A stretch of DNA of 64,000 bases from Isurus oxyrinchus (GCA_026770705.1 JANJGN010000009.1:163556001-163620000), one strand, 5' to 3'. Counted from the first letter of the stretch, positions 49,142-62,234 are shown. Notes: generated by a model not told the origin, from the sequence alone. Program-made: numbers and translations.

Positions 49142-50610
49142 CTCATTAAAATGTTGGTGAAATTGTCACTTTTCTCTGGCTAATCCCTTGACCAAAGAGG
49201 GAATTTTAATTCCCCTCCCCCATCCTGCATCGTGTTGAGGCATGATGGGATTTGCTGGATCCAGAACCTTCTCCAGCACGGCTTGTGATCCAGGAGACAC
49301 ACGAAAGCTTCACCCCCACCCCCAGGCAAATGTTTTATACAATTTCTCCCTCCCCATGATTGGCCAATCCTGCCCCAAGCAGCAAAGTCACCCTGACTCC
49401 CTCCTCGCTGTTGTGCTCCGAGGCAACATTCCCACCAATTTCCAAACTTTTACCATAACGTTCCTACTTGGAAACCAGCCAAACATTCAATCAGTCTGCA
49501 AGAATTCTGGTGAGATTTTGCTGTTAAATTCGGCACAAACTCAACATTCCTGGTATTTCCAGCTTTCTCACCACCCCACGCACAGTCCCCCCTCTCGTCT
49601 CCACGTACCAGGGTTGAAGTGTTCTATCGCAGCATGCAGAGAACCAGAGCCAATCACATTTACATTCTTATCCAAAGCTACAAAACATGTAACCGATATC
49701 TGACAACATTTTGCCCTCATTTTACCCTTTGCTTTTCTAAGATTCTCTCCAACCAATTCACATTCAACTCACAAACAATGAAACAGCATTGGAGGCTCAC
49801 TACCAGCTACGAAGAGATATTGTTCACCATGATATTCATGTTAACATACTCTCAGTATCATAGCTGCTGTTCTGATCTGGAGACCTGATATGTTCTGATA
49901 TAATGGCTGAAAGGGTAACTCAGGCCTCTAAGAGGATGGAGAGATATGGGGATGGATTTTTAAAAAGTATGGTGTCAGGATTAGAGATGGGTGGGTGTGA
50001 AATTTGACACCGCTGGTCTCCATGCCAATTTACTGTTACAATCCCAAGCCCGAAACATTTAGAAAGCAGGCAGCTTGCAGTCAAGTGGTGGGCAGCTAAC
50101 TTAGGAAATAACATTTACCAAAGGGGCCAATTAAAGACCCATTCCTGCGACCACTGGGATTTCATTCAGCAATGCAAGCAGACCACATTACCCCTTCAGG
50201 ATCATGGCCCGGCAGCTGCTGGGTTTTGAAACATAAAATAAACTTACCTGGACTTTCCCCTTGCTGTCTCCATGCTCAGGTCAGCAACTCCCACCTCACC
50301 TGGTGAGGCCCTCTAGCATCAGGAGCCCGCCCTCTGTCCCTGATTGGATGGTGAGCCAGTTCCAGTCTTTTGATTGGCAAGAACATTGAAAATTGCAGTG
50401 GGCATGCCTAAAGAATGGTGAATGGTGTCAGGACCTGAAACTATCTCCCATGTCCAGTTCCCAAACCCAAATTTAACATCCACCCCATAGAGTGGTAGAT
50501 GTGTTGGTGAGATTCCAACATGGCAGAGCCTGGCTGAGATGAAGTGCAAAGTTTGAAGAGTATTTGATTATTAAATGTTCAGTATCTGAATGTTTCTTTC
50601 TTTCCAACAG

Positions 50611-50940
50611 AACCCGTGTCTGTTCCTGTGCTTAGATTTTCATCACCAGCAAATGTCTCATGTTCTGGGGGTTCAGTGTCCGTCTCCTGTGAGTCTGTCC
50701 AGGGATCCCTTCCCATTCAGTACACATGGTATGAAAAGAACCTGTCTGAAGATTCAAAGATCTCTGACACCAATAAACTGGATCTACATTGTCAATCCTT
50801 CAAACAGCAACATCATCAATATTACTGCACAGCCTCAAATAATCAGGGAGTAAAATCCAGTGACACTGTCACTGTTAACTCAACACTCATGAATGTAACA
50901 ACGAAAAGCTACAGTTATGTGATACAAATTGGAAACATTG
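50611..50940 (+). CDS. Gene B exon 3, C2-type Ig domain
   Basis: TTTCCAACAG acceptor, G|GTAAGT donor, 330 nt; paralog of 14834-15163. Confidence 0.9.
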
Positions 50941-53249
50941 GTAAGTGTTACTTTCTACAAACAACGTGGCGAATGAATGTTTAAAATTCATGTCTATCCA
51001 AACTGGTCACTGTTTCAGTTCCTTCAGTTTATCTGAGAAATTGCAGCTGGCCAAATTCACTCTCTCTGGTTCCTCAAACATTCTGAACAAGGTCACTAAG
51101 TTGCATTTTTCATGAAAAATGGACAGGATCAGAAAATATCCCCAAAACATGCAAAAATATTGCAGAATCTCCAATAAACCCATCGAATCAAAATAGCATT
51201 TGATTGACAGAGCTTTCATAAAGCAATTTGTCTATTTCCAGCAGATGGAATTGTGAAATGCAACCTCCAACTGTTGTGTCCTAGTTTGGGAAGGATATCA
51301 CTGATAGAATAGAGAAGAATTGAATTAAAATGAACCCTTGGACGAGAGGTTTTAGTCATGAGGAAAGTATCATCACAACTGAGGTGAATGACCAGCTGGA
51401 GGACGTGGAAATTGTTAGAAATTTGGATAAGATAACTCTAACTATTTCCACTAGTCAGTGAGTCAGCAACAAGAGAGCATTAACTTTAAAATTATCACTA
51501 AAAGGACAAAGGGAGAAATTTGGAGAATTTTATTGATGCAAACTGTTTTTAGGACATGGAATGCCCAACTGAAAGAAGTTTACAAACAAATTTAATAATA
51601 GATTTTAAAAGGGAAACAAATGTATGAGGGTGTGGGAAAAGGACAATGAAATGGAATTAAATGAGGAGATCATTCAGAGAACCAGCATTGGAGCGATGGG
51701 CTGAATTCCCTCCCCTGTGTTGTAAAAATTCCATCATTCCAGACAAAATCTCAACTTATCCTGTCTAAAAAATTAACTATTCCCTCCCCATAAAACAATG
51801 ACCCTGGTTCTGAAACAAGGAGGACTTTAGCCTATTTGAATGTAGCGGTTCAATTTTCTGCAGAGTGGGTGCAGCATGTTCACCGAGAAACACCAACATG
51901 GGCACAAAACAAAGAGAATCACATTTTCACCTGAGCAGCAGGAGACAGGAATTTACATATGCAAATATATTGACTCTGGTCATGTGGTCTCTTGCCTCAG
52001 TTGTCAGGGAAGAAGGGTGGAATTTTACACCCCCATTGCGCCAGGGACTGGGCTGTAAAATGCAGCCAGCCATTCTAAACTCCATGCACTCCAGCAGGAC
52101 CATAAAATCCCACTGTCACAAGGCTCTGAGCAAAGGCTGTCAGCAGCAGGTAGAAATTACACCTGTAAACTGTGTTTGTACTGGAGTTGTCAGCAGGGAC
52201 TCAGTTGCACTCTGACCTTTGATGCCAGTCTTTTGTAGTTACAAGTTCCCCTTAAGAGTTAAAATTCGGGCTGATACCATGATCCAGCACTGAGGTAGTG
52301 CTATACTGGTGGTGGTGCTGCTGTGTAGATGAGGTATTAAACTGAGGATCCACGTCCCCGTTAGGTAGATGTAAACATTTCCAGGGTATTTTTCACAGAA
52401 TAGGGAAGTTCTCCTGGTGTCCTTGAAGCCTTTATTCCTCAACCAATACACACAAATTGGGAGCAGGAGCAGGCTATTTGGTCTTTTGAGCCTGTTAATG
52501 TCACTACAAAACAGATCATCTAGTGAATGTTTTACTGATGTTTGTGGGGCTTTGCTGTGTACGAATTAACTTCCACGTTTCTTGATATTAAAACTGTGGC
52601 TTTACTTCAAAAAAGTACTTCATAGGCTCTGAAGCACTTTGGGATATCCCAAGGTTGTGAAAGGTGATGAATCAACACACATTGTTTCTTACTTTTTGAA
52701 ACAAATGATTTATTAAAATACATCTGAACCAATTATCTGAGTGCAAACGGCAGGGGGGAGGGGGAGGGAGGAGCCAGTCCCAGCAGCAAGGTGGGTCATT
52801 ATAATTAAATGGACAGAAAATCACTGGCAGGTTTGAGACATTCATGGTCTGTTGGTGAAGATTCTCATCTTTACTGCAAGCTCAGAAAACTGCCCCCAAA
52901 GTGCAGAAAGTGACCATTGCCAGTATTAGGATGTGACTGTTTAATGTGTTCACATGAAATTCATGTAATGAAAGTGTATCTCTGGATTGTAGTCCACCAA
53001 CCTGAGCCCTTAACTGGCCCACCAACTCTCAGATATAGTAAAGAAAGTGGAATTACCAGTAAAGATAGATCACCACCAAGTATCTGCGACCACTCCACTT
53101 GTGACCAGAGAGGGGTAAATAACACAGAAATCAATTCTACCAGCCAGGCTTTTCCTCAATTAATGAGGTTCCATTTGACAATGATGCTCTCTCAGTTGAC
53201 TACAAGTGAAAATGAGCTGAATCTGAGTGTTATTCTTTTGCTTCCACAG

Positions 53250-53367
53250 GACCTGAGTATTTTTGTGATGTTTCTACAACAGTATCACCAACTACACATT
53301 CGACAAGTACAGATATAATTTCCACTACCAATCGATCCACACCTTCAGATCCCGAAAATGCTGAAAG
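53250..53367 (+). CDS. Gene B exon 4, Ser/Thr-rich stalk (GPEYFCDVSTTVSPTTHSTSTDIISTTNRSTPSDPENAE)
   Basis: Acceptor CTTTTGCTTCCACAG, donor AG|GTACAA, 118 nt, phase 1/2. Confidence 0.85.
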
Positions 53368-54357
53368 GTACAATGTTCTCATGGACTGGCACTGCTTCCA
53401 TATGTGAGAGATACGATTGGCCAAAGGAGTGAAAGTTGTTCATTAATTTGGAAAGTAGCTCATCAGAATGGAAATGGTGGCTGGGTTTATATCATGCTGT
53501 TGTGTTAGCTTCTTAATGAGGGTGCATTTTTCTGTTGGAAAATACAAGCAAGGAGTGAGCTTTTCCATTGTGTTGCCGCTCAGATGGTGTTTTTTGCCTT
53601 ATTCACCTTGATTACTTCACCGCTAAGGTAATCTCACAGTGTGTGAGGAGTTGTACTTGTCAAACTTACCTTGCTGCTGTCTACACTGACAGAGTACTTG
53701 TATTTGGGCTGATGAAAAGGAAGAATTAGCGTGATATATCTGCACATCCTTTGGTTTCACTAATGAGAGACATCTTGTAGCTCTCGGCCCGTTTCCATAT
53801 TATAAACCTAAGCTGTTGACAATAAGTAGCAGAAATTGTAGTCCGATGTAAACACTCAGGAATCGGGTCTTTGAAGTTACAATGGTGATAAAGACAAAAC
53901 GCCAACTAAATGTCAAACAGAAAGAGGGACAGTTGGAAATGGACAGCAGGTATGTCCGCAGCTGTGGAGAAAATAAACACGTTCATGGTTTGGGTGCAGA
54001 CACTTCTTCAGAATTCTAGTCCACACACGAAGTGAAACAGGTCCACTCACCCCACAGATCCCAACTGAGCTGCTGAATGTTTCCAGAATCTTCTGTTTTC
54101 CATTCATATTTCTAGCACATGCAGTGCACTTACTTTTATCCAGATTATTGTCAATGATTTAAGAAGTATAGAAAGTATCTGATTTTTATTTTAAGACAAA
54201 TCTCTATGTCTGCTCTGTTGTATAAAGTTGACAACAAAGATCATCTGAATATGAAATCCATATATGTATGAAACAGTTATTACTTCCACTTTTTTCAGGG
54301 AACATCAGGTATTCTTGCATTTGGATTTTAATAATTAAAACTGACTCAGTATTAAAC

Positions 54358-54790
54358 AAGGCTCAGTGGTAACACACTCACCTTACATGTCAAAGGCTGT
54401 GGGTTCACTTCCACTCCAGAGACCTCAGCACATTATCTTGGCTGACACTCCAGTGCACTACTGAGGGAGTGCTGTGCAGTTGGAGGTGCCACCTCTCAGA
54501 TGTGATACACCCAAGGCCCATCTGCTCTCTCAGGTGGGTGTAACAGATCCCATAGTGACATTCATAGAAGAGCAGGGCAGTTCTCCCTCGAGACCTGGGC
54601 AACATCACTAAAAAAAACAAATTATTTGTTCATCCAACTAATTGCTATTTGTGGGAGCATGCTGTGTGCAAATTGAGTGCCACATTTGCCAAATTACCAC
54701 AGTTACACTGCATTAAAAATATTCATTGCTTGTAAAGTGCTTTGGGATGTCCTGAGGTCATGAAAGCCACTTTATAAATATCTACCTTTA
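54358..54790 (+). mobile_element. tRNA-derived Deu-domain SINE
   Basis: GGCTCAGTGG A box, GGGTTCA B box, CTACTGAGGGAGTGCTG...CTCTCAGGTGG..GTAA..GATCCCAT. Confidence 0.7.
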
Positions 54791-54864
54791 AATATTTCTT
54801 TAAACAAATGGCCAATAATCAATTGTGAACCAACACTGTCCCTTGTCTATTCTCTGTTTCACAG

Positions 54865-54953
54865 TCTGATTTACATTGTGCTCGGAGTGCTGGGGGGCAT
54901 TCTTGTGGTGTTTGCTGTTTCTCTACTTCTGTACCTGAGGCAAATCAACAAGG
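54865..54953 (+). CDS. Gene B exon 5, uncharged transmembrane segment (SLIYIVLGVLGGILVVFAVSLLLYLRQINK)
   Basis: Acceptor TTCTCTGTTTCACAG, phase 2 in, donor G|GTGAGT phase 1; long hydrophobic run; too short for the ORF track. Confidence 0.88.
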
Positions 54954-55093
54954 GTGAGTTTTTATTTCTCTTTAATCATTTTATTATATGGCAATAATTT
55001 GCTGCAGAAGGAAAGAATATACAGTTTGTTGGATCAATCAACAATCACCCATGACCCTAGTATTCTCATTCTGGTCTACACATATTGAACATG

Positions 55094-55782
55094 GGGCTGA
55101 ATTTTTCTCTATTCGAGCGGGCGCACACCAGATCCAAACGAGAGTAAAATAGTGCGCGATGAGGTCAGACGAGCGTCTGGACATTATCGTACACTCTGGC
55201 GATATTTCTCTCTGCAGGCACGTGCGAGAGGCGGCAGCACGCCCGCTGACAATGAAGCAACCTATTAAGGCCCTTAATCAATTAATAGAATTGAATTTTT
55301 TGCTGCCTGTCCAACTGTTCGGTTGGTTTGTGGTCAAATCGGCCAATCAGCCTTTGCACTTTTGGCGAAACCTCATCAATGGGCGGGATGGGGTTTTGAC
55401 CAGTGATTAAAGCCAAAACTTTGAGAACTCGTATTTAAATGGCCATGGTCATGTGACAGAGTCACATGAGGGAACATGTTTTCATTAGTTTTCAATTCTT
55501 TATTTTGATTGTTCAAAATCTTCAGCTCCCTGAGGCAGCTCTGAGACTCAGGGAGCTTTCACTGTGAGCACGCGCACACATGCACAAACTTGCACGCTTG
55601 CCCTCCTCCCACCCTCACGCCAGCAGTGCTGAGCGTTGCAGCGCGTATTATGTACTGACTGGCCATTAATTGTCCAGCCCGTGTGAAATCGATGTTGGGG
55701 CCTGATTCGGGGCAGTGGTCGGCTTCACAACCACTCCTGAGCCCACCTGCCATGCCCATCCGACAAGGGCAAAATTCTGCCC
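55094..55782. mobile_element. Harbinger-type non-autonomous element with 3-bp TSD ATG
   Basis: ATG|GGGCTGAATTTT ... AAAATTCTGCCC|ATG. Confidence 0.75.
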
Positions 55783-55824
55783 ATGGAATAATTAAGTTGA
55801 GTATTGCTGATAAAAAATACATTT

Positions 55825-56200
55825 GAACAGATGAACAAGGAGCAGGAGTAGGCCATTCAGCCCCTCGAGCCTGCGCCGTTATTCAATAAGGTCATGACTG
55901 ATCTGATGGTAACCTGAAATCTGCATCCCAGCTACCCCCCACATAACCTATCAATCCCTTGTTTACCAAGAATCTATTCACCTTCCCCTTAAAAATATTC
56001 AAAGACTCTGCTTCCCCCACCTTTTCAGGAAGAGACTTCCAAAGACTCATGACCCTTGGCGTGAAAAAATTTTGCCTCATCTCCATTTTAAATGAGGGCG
56101 ACCCCTTATTTTTAAATAATGACCCCTAGCTCTAGATTCTTCCACAAGAGGAAACATTCTCTCCACATCCAGCCCATCAAGACCCCTCAGGATTTTATTC
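55825..56200 (-). mobile_element. CR1 3' end
   Basis: EMRQNFFTPRVMSLWKSLPEKVGEAESLNIFK on - strand plus 3' UTR. Confidence 0.85.
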
Positions 56201-56584
56201 TGTTGAAGCAATCAGCACTCTCTTCTCATGCAGTATAAATTGTTGCTCCCTTTATTGTTGGTATTGTTGCAAACTGTCCTGATGAGAACAAGGCAAAAAG
56301 CTTTGACAGTGCGTCTCTTTGAATGAGAAAAATTGGGCCTCTGATTTCTCCCTGTGATGAATTGCTTGACCTTACATCAATGACACAACATAACAGGTAC
56401 TTGTATTCAGGATAGAATTGATCAGTTTTTGAAATGCTCAATCCTAAACACACGGGAGTTAATTTTCTCTTTCACATCACGGGTGTTAATCTGTCAGAGT
56501 GCTAAATAGAAATTAATGGAATGAAATTTGGGTGCGTTCTCTAATAGACAATCTGTTCTGTCAGACAGAAAACGTCATATGCTG

Positions 56585-56834
56585 GTAGTGTAGTTGCTGG
56601 TTTCTGGTATGTGTGGCCTATCTTAACGAGAGAAACTAGTGTTACTCTGTGACTTGCTTTAAACTGCTTTATTAACACTGTATTTAAGAGAGGTTACAGA
56701 GTAGGTATGCCTCCCCTGAGTAGAGTGTTCCATCCTCTCTCCCAGGTAAATAGCACATGACTGCCAATTTCATTGATACATCATGGTGTACATCACTCAT
56801 CAGCATAGCTATTCTATTAACCCATTACACTACA
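56585..56834. mobile_element. Possible short solo LTR
   Basis: Terminal inverted GTAGTGTA / TACACTAC; no other support. Confidence 0.3.
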
Positions 56835-57042
56835 AACCCTTTTGTCATGCTATGTATAATAACCAGGCTGATTGTTCAATCCATGTTGGAAATCATTGGT
56901 GCAATGCAGATGAACACATTTCCATGAATGTGGATCAATGTCAGGTTTAGCACACTTGCAACTCATGTTTAGTTTAGAGATTTTAAACATATTAACCATT
57001 CCTTGTTACAGTTCTTTCAACAGTTACATTGTAATTTTTCAG

Positions 57043-57095
57043 GTACAAACTGCATTCCAAGTCAGCGGAGAGACAAGACTCTCCATTATAATCAG
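57043..57095 (+). CDS. Gene B exon 6, cytoplasmic linker (GTNCIPSQRRDKTLHYNQ)
   Basis: TTTTTCAG acceptor, CAG|GTAAG donor; phase 1 in and phase 0 out bridges exons 5 and 7 exactly. Confidence 0.8.
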
Positions 57096-57164
57096 GTAAG
57101 GATATAAACATTACTTCTCTGAATACTGTTTGGAAATTTGCAAGCTGGTGGATATAGAATTTAC

Positions 57165-57595
57165 TAAGAACTTACAGCCATTCGGCCCATCTGCACGAGG
57201 CTGGTTTTTATGCTCCACATGAACCTCCTCTCACCCCTCTTCATCCCACCCTATCAGCATATCCTTCTGTCCTTTACTCTCTCATGTGCTTATCTAGCTT
57301 TCCTTTAAATGCAGCAATCCTATTGGACTCAACTCCTCCCCAGGGAAGGAATAAGGAATTCAGAAGAAACTTCTTTACCCAGAGAGTGTCAGAATCTGAA
57401 ATTCGTTACTTTAAGTCAAAGTTCAGGCAAAAACCATAAATAAAGCTGGATAAAGCTGGATAAGCAGTTGAGGGAGAAAGTAATAGAAAGATATTTTGAA
57501 GAGGTTGGATGAAGAGGGGTGGGAGGAGGCTTGTGAGGAGAATGATACTGGTATAGACCCATTGGGCTGAATTGTTTGTTCCTGTGCTGTAAATA
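57165..57595. mobile_element. CR1 3' fragments in inverted arrangement
   Basis: GCCATTCGGCCCATC (- strand end) joined to AGAAGAAACTTCTTTACCCAGAGAGT (+ strand ORF2 end). Confidence 0.6.
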
Positions 57596-57725
57596 ATTTT
57601 TAATATCTTGTAATCCTTTATAAACTGATTTATAATAATGGATATATAGCTTTCTCCTCATAACAGCACAAGTCACCATTCAGGCTAATCAAAAATAAAT
57701 GCAATCATTTTTTTAATATATTTAG

Positions 57726-58037
57726 GAATTGGCAGCAGAGGAAGAGGGCACTGTGTATGCAAATGTAAACCACACTCAAAGGAGCTCGGCAGGAACACAC
57801 AGAGAGGGAACTGCCGAGTTGAATAATGAGGAAATCACATATGCAGCAGTGCAATTACAAAAGAAATCGTCTACACAGAGAGGTGAAGGGACAAGTCACT
57901 CAGTTAACAACCCGGACAGTGTCATCTACAGTGGAGTCATGATTCACAACCAGCCCACAAAGAAAAACCCTAAAACTCCATTACATGATACTCCCCAGGA
58001 ATCTGAAATGGCAATTTATGCTACCGTTACTCATTAG
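57726..58037 (+). CDS. Gene B exon 7, cytoplasmic tail with TVYANV, ITYAAV, VIYSGV, AIYATV (ITSM/ITIM motifs), stop TAG
   Basis: TTTAG acceptor phase 0; ORF 57729-58037; the seven exons sum to 1254 nt = 417 aa + stop. Confidence 0.9.
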   Translation, partial: ELAAEEEGTVYANVNHTQRSSAGTHREGTAELNNEEITYAAVQLQKKSSTQRGEGTSHSVNNPDSVIYSGVMIHNQPTKKNPKTPLHDTPQESEMAIYATVTH

Positions 58038-58414
58038 GGAAACCATTCGGATGGCACATGTACTGCCCAGTGCACTTAACGTTGCATCTCAGTTGCATTG
58101 AATTTCTTCTGCCATGAGCTGTCCACATATTTACTTTAGTCCAATTCTTCCTTTAACTTCGGAATTGTTTCCTCCATTCCCACTGCTCCTCCCAGTTTGG
58201 AATCATCAGCAAATGTAATCAATTCACCTTGAGTTTCAGAGTCCAGGACATTAATGTAAATTAGAGTGGTCCCAATACCAGGTCTTATAGCACCACACTC
58301 ACCAGCCAGACCCCCCACCCCCCCAACACCCCCAGCATTGGTAGCTCTCAGCGTCCAACTCGAGTCTGCAAGTCAGATCGTCATGGGTTACCTCCGGGAC
58401 TTGATCATACAATC

Positions 58415-59690
58415 CAGGCAGATACTTCAGTGCAGTACTGAGAGAGTGCTGCACTGTTGGGACTGCCTTCTTTTAGGTGTGATATTAAACTGAAGCCAAA
58501 ACAGAAAGATGGGGGTGTTGAATGGCAAGCAACAGGAAGTTCTGGGTCATGCTTGCGTAGAGACCCCCTTTTTTTTTCCCCAATAAATTATATAGATTGT
58601 TCTTTTCCCACCCATTTCCATTATTTTTAAATATTTTAAAATCTTTTATGCTCCCCCCACCCCCACTAGAGCTGTACCTTGAGTGCCCTACCATCCATTC
58701 TTAATTAGCACATTCGTTTAGATAATATCACCAACTTTAACTTTAACACCTATGTGTTCTTTTGTACCATTGTCGCTGACATCTTTTGATGATCTGCTTC
58801 TATCACTGCTTGTTTGTCCACACAACCACCTCTCTCTCTCTCTATCTCTCTGCCCCCCCCCACACACACCTTAAACCAGCTTATATTTCAATTCTTTCTT
58901 GGACTCGAAATCAAGTTCTGTCGAAGGGTCATGAGGACTTGAAACGTCAACTCTTTTCTTCTCCGCCGATGCTGCCAGACCTGCTGAGTTTTTCCAGGTA
59001 ATTCTGTTTTTGTTTTAGAGACCAAGGTGGTCCTGCAAAGCGATCACCCCACCCTCACAAGGACCATCTCTCACTTGTTCATGTTGTTCTTTCCAGAGAG
59101 CTTACCCTTGTCCTGTCATTATCACATTCTGCTTTCTGATCTTAATGTCACCATTAGCACCTCCTTTAGCCAGTATCACTATCAAGAAGACCCCTTTGTC
59201 CTTTTGTCTATGACATCTCTGGCAATCTCTCCTTTGCCTCCACCTATCACTGATCTTCTATCCACCTTCACCTGCTCCACCTCCACTTAAACAGCATAAA
59301 TTTCATTACATTTTTACTACTCTCTCGGTTCAAGAAGAGTCATTAGGATTCCCTCCACAGATGCTGTTAGACCTGCTGAGTTTTTCCAGCATTTTCTGTT
59401 TTTGTTTCAGATTTCCAGCATCTGCAGTATTTTGCATTTATCTTAGTATTAAACTGAAGACCCTCCTATACCTTAGGTGGATGTAAAAGATCCCATGGCA
59501 CTATTCAAACAGTTCTCCCAGTGTCCTGGTCAATATTCTGCACCCAGTATCGAGTAAAGAGATTACCTGCTTATTCATCCAGTTTTGGGCCCTTGCTGTA
59601 TGATGATTTGTTGCCACATCTCTCTGTTTCAAAAATACTTCATTGGCTGTGAAAGGCATTGTATAAATTGTAAGTTCAACTCTTCTTTCT
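58415..59690 (+). mobile_element. Deu-domain SINE interrupted by Penelope terminal fragments (58496-59446, TSD TATTAAACTGAAG)
   Basis: GTGCAGTACTGAGAGAGTGCTGCACTG...[insert]...AGGTGGATGTAAAAGATCCCATGGCACTATT; 13-bp duplication at 58483 and 59447; hammerhead-like motif at ~58914. Confidence 0.75.
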
Positions 59691-59989
59691 TTTCTAATGA
59701 GCATTAGTTTCATTTTGTCGTTCAAACAATCTTTTTATCTCAGGGATTACCCTAAATACACAGAGTTTTGGGGATGCCCGGGTTGAGGCCTCTGACCCTG
59801 TACAAGGAACAGGCTGAAGGGAACAGTACCATTCCTGTGTAAAGGGCAAGGTTGGTATCCCCCAACAAGCCAGTGAGGGGCTAATAAAATAAATGGTATT
59901 AAAATTGTAAGTCCACCTCTGTGGAGGGGTACAACTTCAAATGCAATTTGGCAAATACATTTTGAAAATCAGAACACTTTCCAGACTAG

Positions 59990-60770
59990 CACTTGTGCTA
60001 CACAAGTGTCAGGCAATGACCATCTCCAACAAGAGAGAATCTAACCATCGCCCCTTGATGTTCAATGGTATTACCATCACTGGATCCCCCACTATCAGTG
60101 TGGAGGCTTACCATTGACCAGAAACTGAACTGGACTAGCCATAGAAATACTGTGGCTACAAGGGCAGGTCAAGGTCAGGGAATCCAGCGGCAAGTAACTC
60201 ACCTCCTGACTCTCCAAAGCTTGTCCACCGTTTACAAGGCACAAGTCAGCAGTGTGATGGAATACTCTCCACTTACCTGGATGAGTGCAGCTCCCATAAC
60301 ACTGAAGAAGCTGGACACCCGTCCAGGACAAAGCAGTCCGCTTGATTGGCAGCACATCCACAAACATTCAATCCCTCCACCACCGACGCACAGTAGCAGC
60401 AGTGTGTACCATCTACAAGATGCACTGCAGGAATTCACCAAGGCTCCTTAGAAAGCACCTTCCAAACCCACAGCCACTACCGTCTAGAAGGACAAGGGCA
60501 GCAGATAGATTGCAACATCACCACCTGGAAGTTCCCCTCTAAGTAACTCACCGTCCTGACTTGGAAATATTTCACCGTTCCTTAACTGTCACTGGGTCAA
60601 AGTCCTGGAAGTCCCTTCCTAACAGCCCTGTGGGTGTAACCACACCACATGGACAGCAGCAGTTCAAGAAGGCAGCTCAGCACCACCTTCTCAAGGGCAA
60701 TTATTGATGGGCAATAAATGGTGGCCCAGCCAGTGAAGTCCACGTCCCATGAATGAATTTTTAAAAAAAT
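59990..60770 (+). mobile_element. CR1/L2-superfamily LINE 3' end
   Basis: TIDQKLNWTSH...YKAQVSSVMEYSPLTWMSAAP; tail GGGCAATAAATG...CCCATGAATGAA. Confidence 0.8.
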
Positions 60771-61177
60771 CCAGTGGGGAGATGTTATTCCTCAAAGAGA
60801 TCATGAAGGTTTTCGGCAATATTTTCCCATATCAAACCTATGTTAGTATTTATTTCTCAACTTTACTCCTTTCAATACTTTCTATTACTTGTCATGAATG
60901 GAAGTGAAACTAAAGCTCGTGGGGCACCAATGAAGCAGCTTCTGAAAACATCCCAGGCCTTGTCTGCAGGAGTCACACAGGGGAACTGCTGTAAACCCAA
61001 TACCAATAAAGAAATGACAGAAATATTGGATATCTCTGTCTCAGTTTTTACCAAGTTTTTCACTTGAGGGTGAAGTTAAAAATCATATTAAAGCAGTTGT
61101 GATAGAAGGGGAGAAAATAATTGACAAAGTAGCAAAACAGAAGGCAGGATAACCCCAGTAGCAGACAGGACGCCCAC

Positions 61178-61531
61178 TAGGTTGCCAACCCTCCAGAATT
61201 GGCCTGGAGTCTCTAGGAATTGAGGATTAATCTCCAGAACATTGCTGTGCGCAACCCTAGAGAAAAATCATTGGGGCTTTAGAAAAGATTGTTTTTTTTT
61301 TCATTTTCTTTGAACATTTCTCTTTATCAGATATGAAAGTATTGAAAATGGAGGGAAACCATTGTTTGGCTAACAGTCAAGCATGATCCAATTGGGTACT
61401 GAGTCATTTTGCTTTCCTTTTGCCATAGGAAGGCAGTGCATTGTAAAGATAGATGTGCTGGCCAACTAATGGCCTGACCATGAGGGTGCGATGAAACCTC
61501 CCAGAATGCATTTAATCACTAGCAACCCTAG
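61178..61531. mobile_element. hAT-like MITE
   Basis: TAGGTTGCCA ... TAGCAACCCTA termini with near-duplicated C(G/A)CCCACT flanks. Confidence 0.45.
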
Positions 61532-62234
61532 CACCCACTGAGAGCCAAGCCCAGCAGGCGTCTGGAAATGACCTGGGGCATCCGTGTGACCTCCTGTTTT
61601 AACTCGCAACTGGAGGTGCAGTCGGCAACACCTGGGGTCACTAGCTTTTATAACAGTGGATAACTCTCCAGAGGGCGCCTCAAAATGGGGGCACCCTTAC
61701 GTTCCCCTCTCTGCAGCAGCAGTGCCCACCTCTGCCAGTGGAATTGCACCCCTGCCAAGGCTGCAGGCCCTTTAGCCTGCCCGCCTTCCTCAATCGGATG
61801 ATAGGCCCGGGTGTGGATTCTTAATTGGCTGCCTCCAGGAAGGTCTCTCAGGCAGACACATGGGTCGAGAGCCAAATATGGTCCCACGTTTTGATTATTT
61901 TTAAAGGGCACAAGATTCTGCCCAAGGTGTGCAGCCCTCTGAGGGCAATTACTTCTGATGTAAAATACTGCCACTCACATCTTGTAAAGGAAATTCTTCA
62001 TTTATTCTCTTACCTATGAGCAGGAAACATGAATTTTAGTCAGGGTTTGTTGTCCTGAATTTTGCAGTTACTTTGGAGTTCTGAGATTGGTACATCTAGA
62101 AAAACTTGAAGTGAACTCATTAGCTTCATGATAAGCTCACCGTATGGACTGGTTCTCTGACTGCTCAGAGGCCTGATTTGATGGTTCTTCAAGGGTTTAC
62201 CAATGTCTGACTAAAGTATATATTATTGATCCAG

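Larger units (their letters stand above)
29290..54176 (+). repeat. Segmental duplication copy B (longer owing to extra insertions)
   Basis: Colinear with copy A; similarity ends after ...ATTATTGTCAATGATTTAAGAAGTATAGAAAGT. Confidence 0.9.

Noticed and set aside
1090-54176. Copies A and B as two haplotypes mis-joined at the gap
   Set aside because: Non-homologous TM/tail regions, many copy-specific insertions with TSDs and strong V-exon divergence favour paralogs, and copy B sequence begins left of the gap. Not fully excluded without long reads
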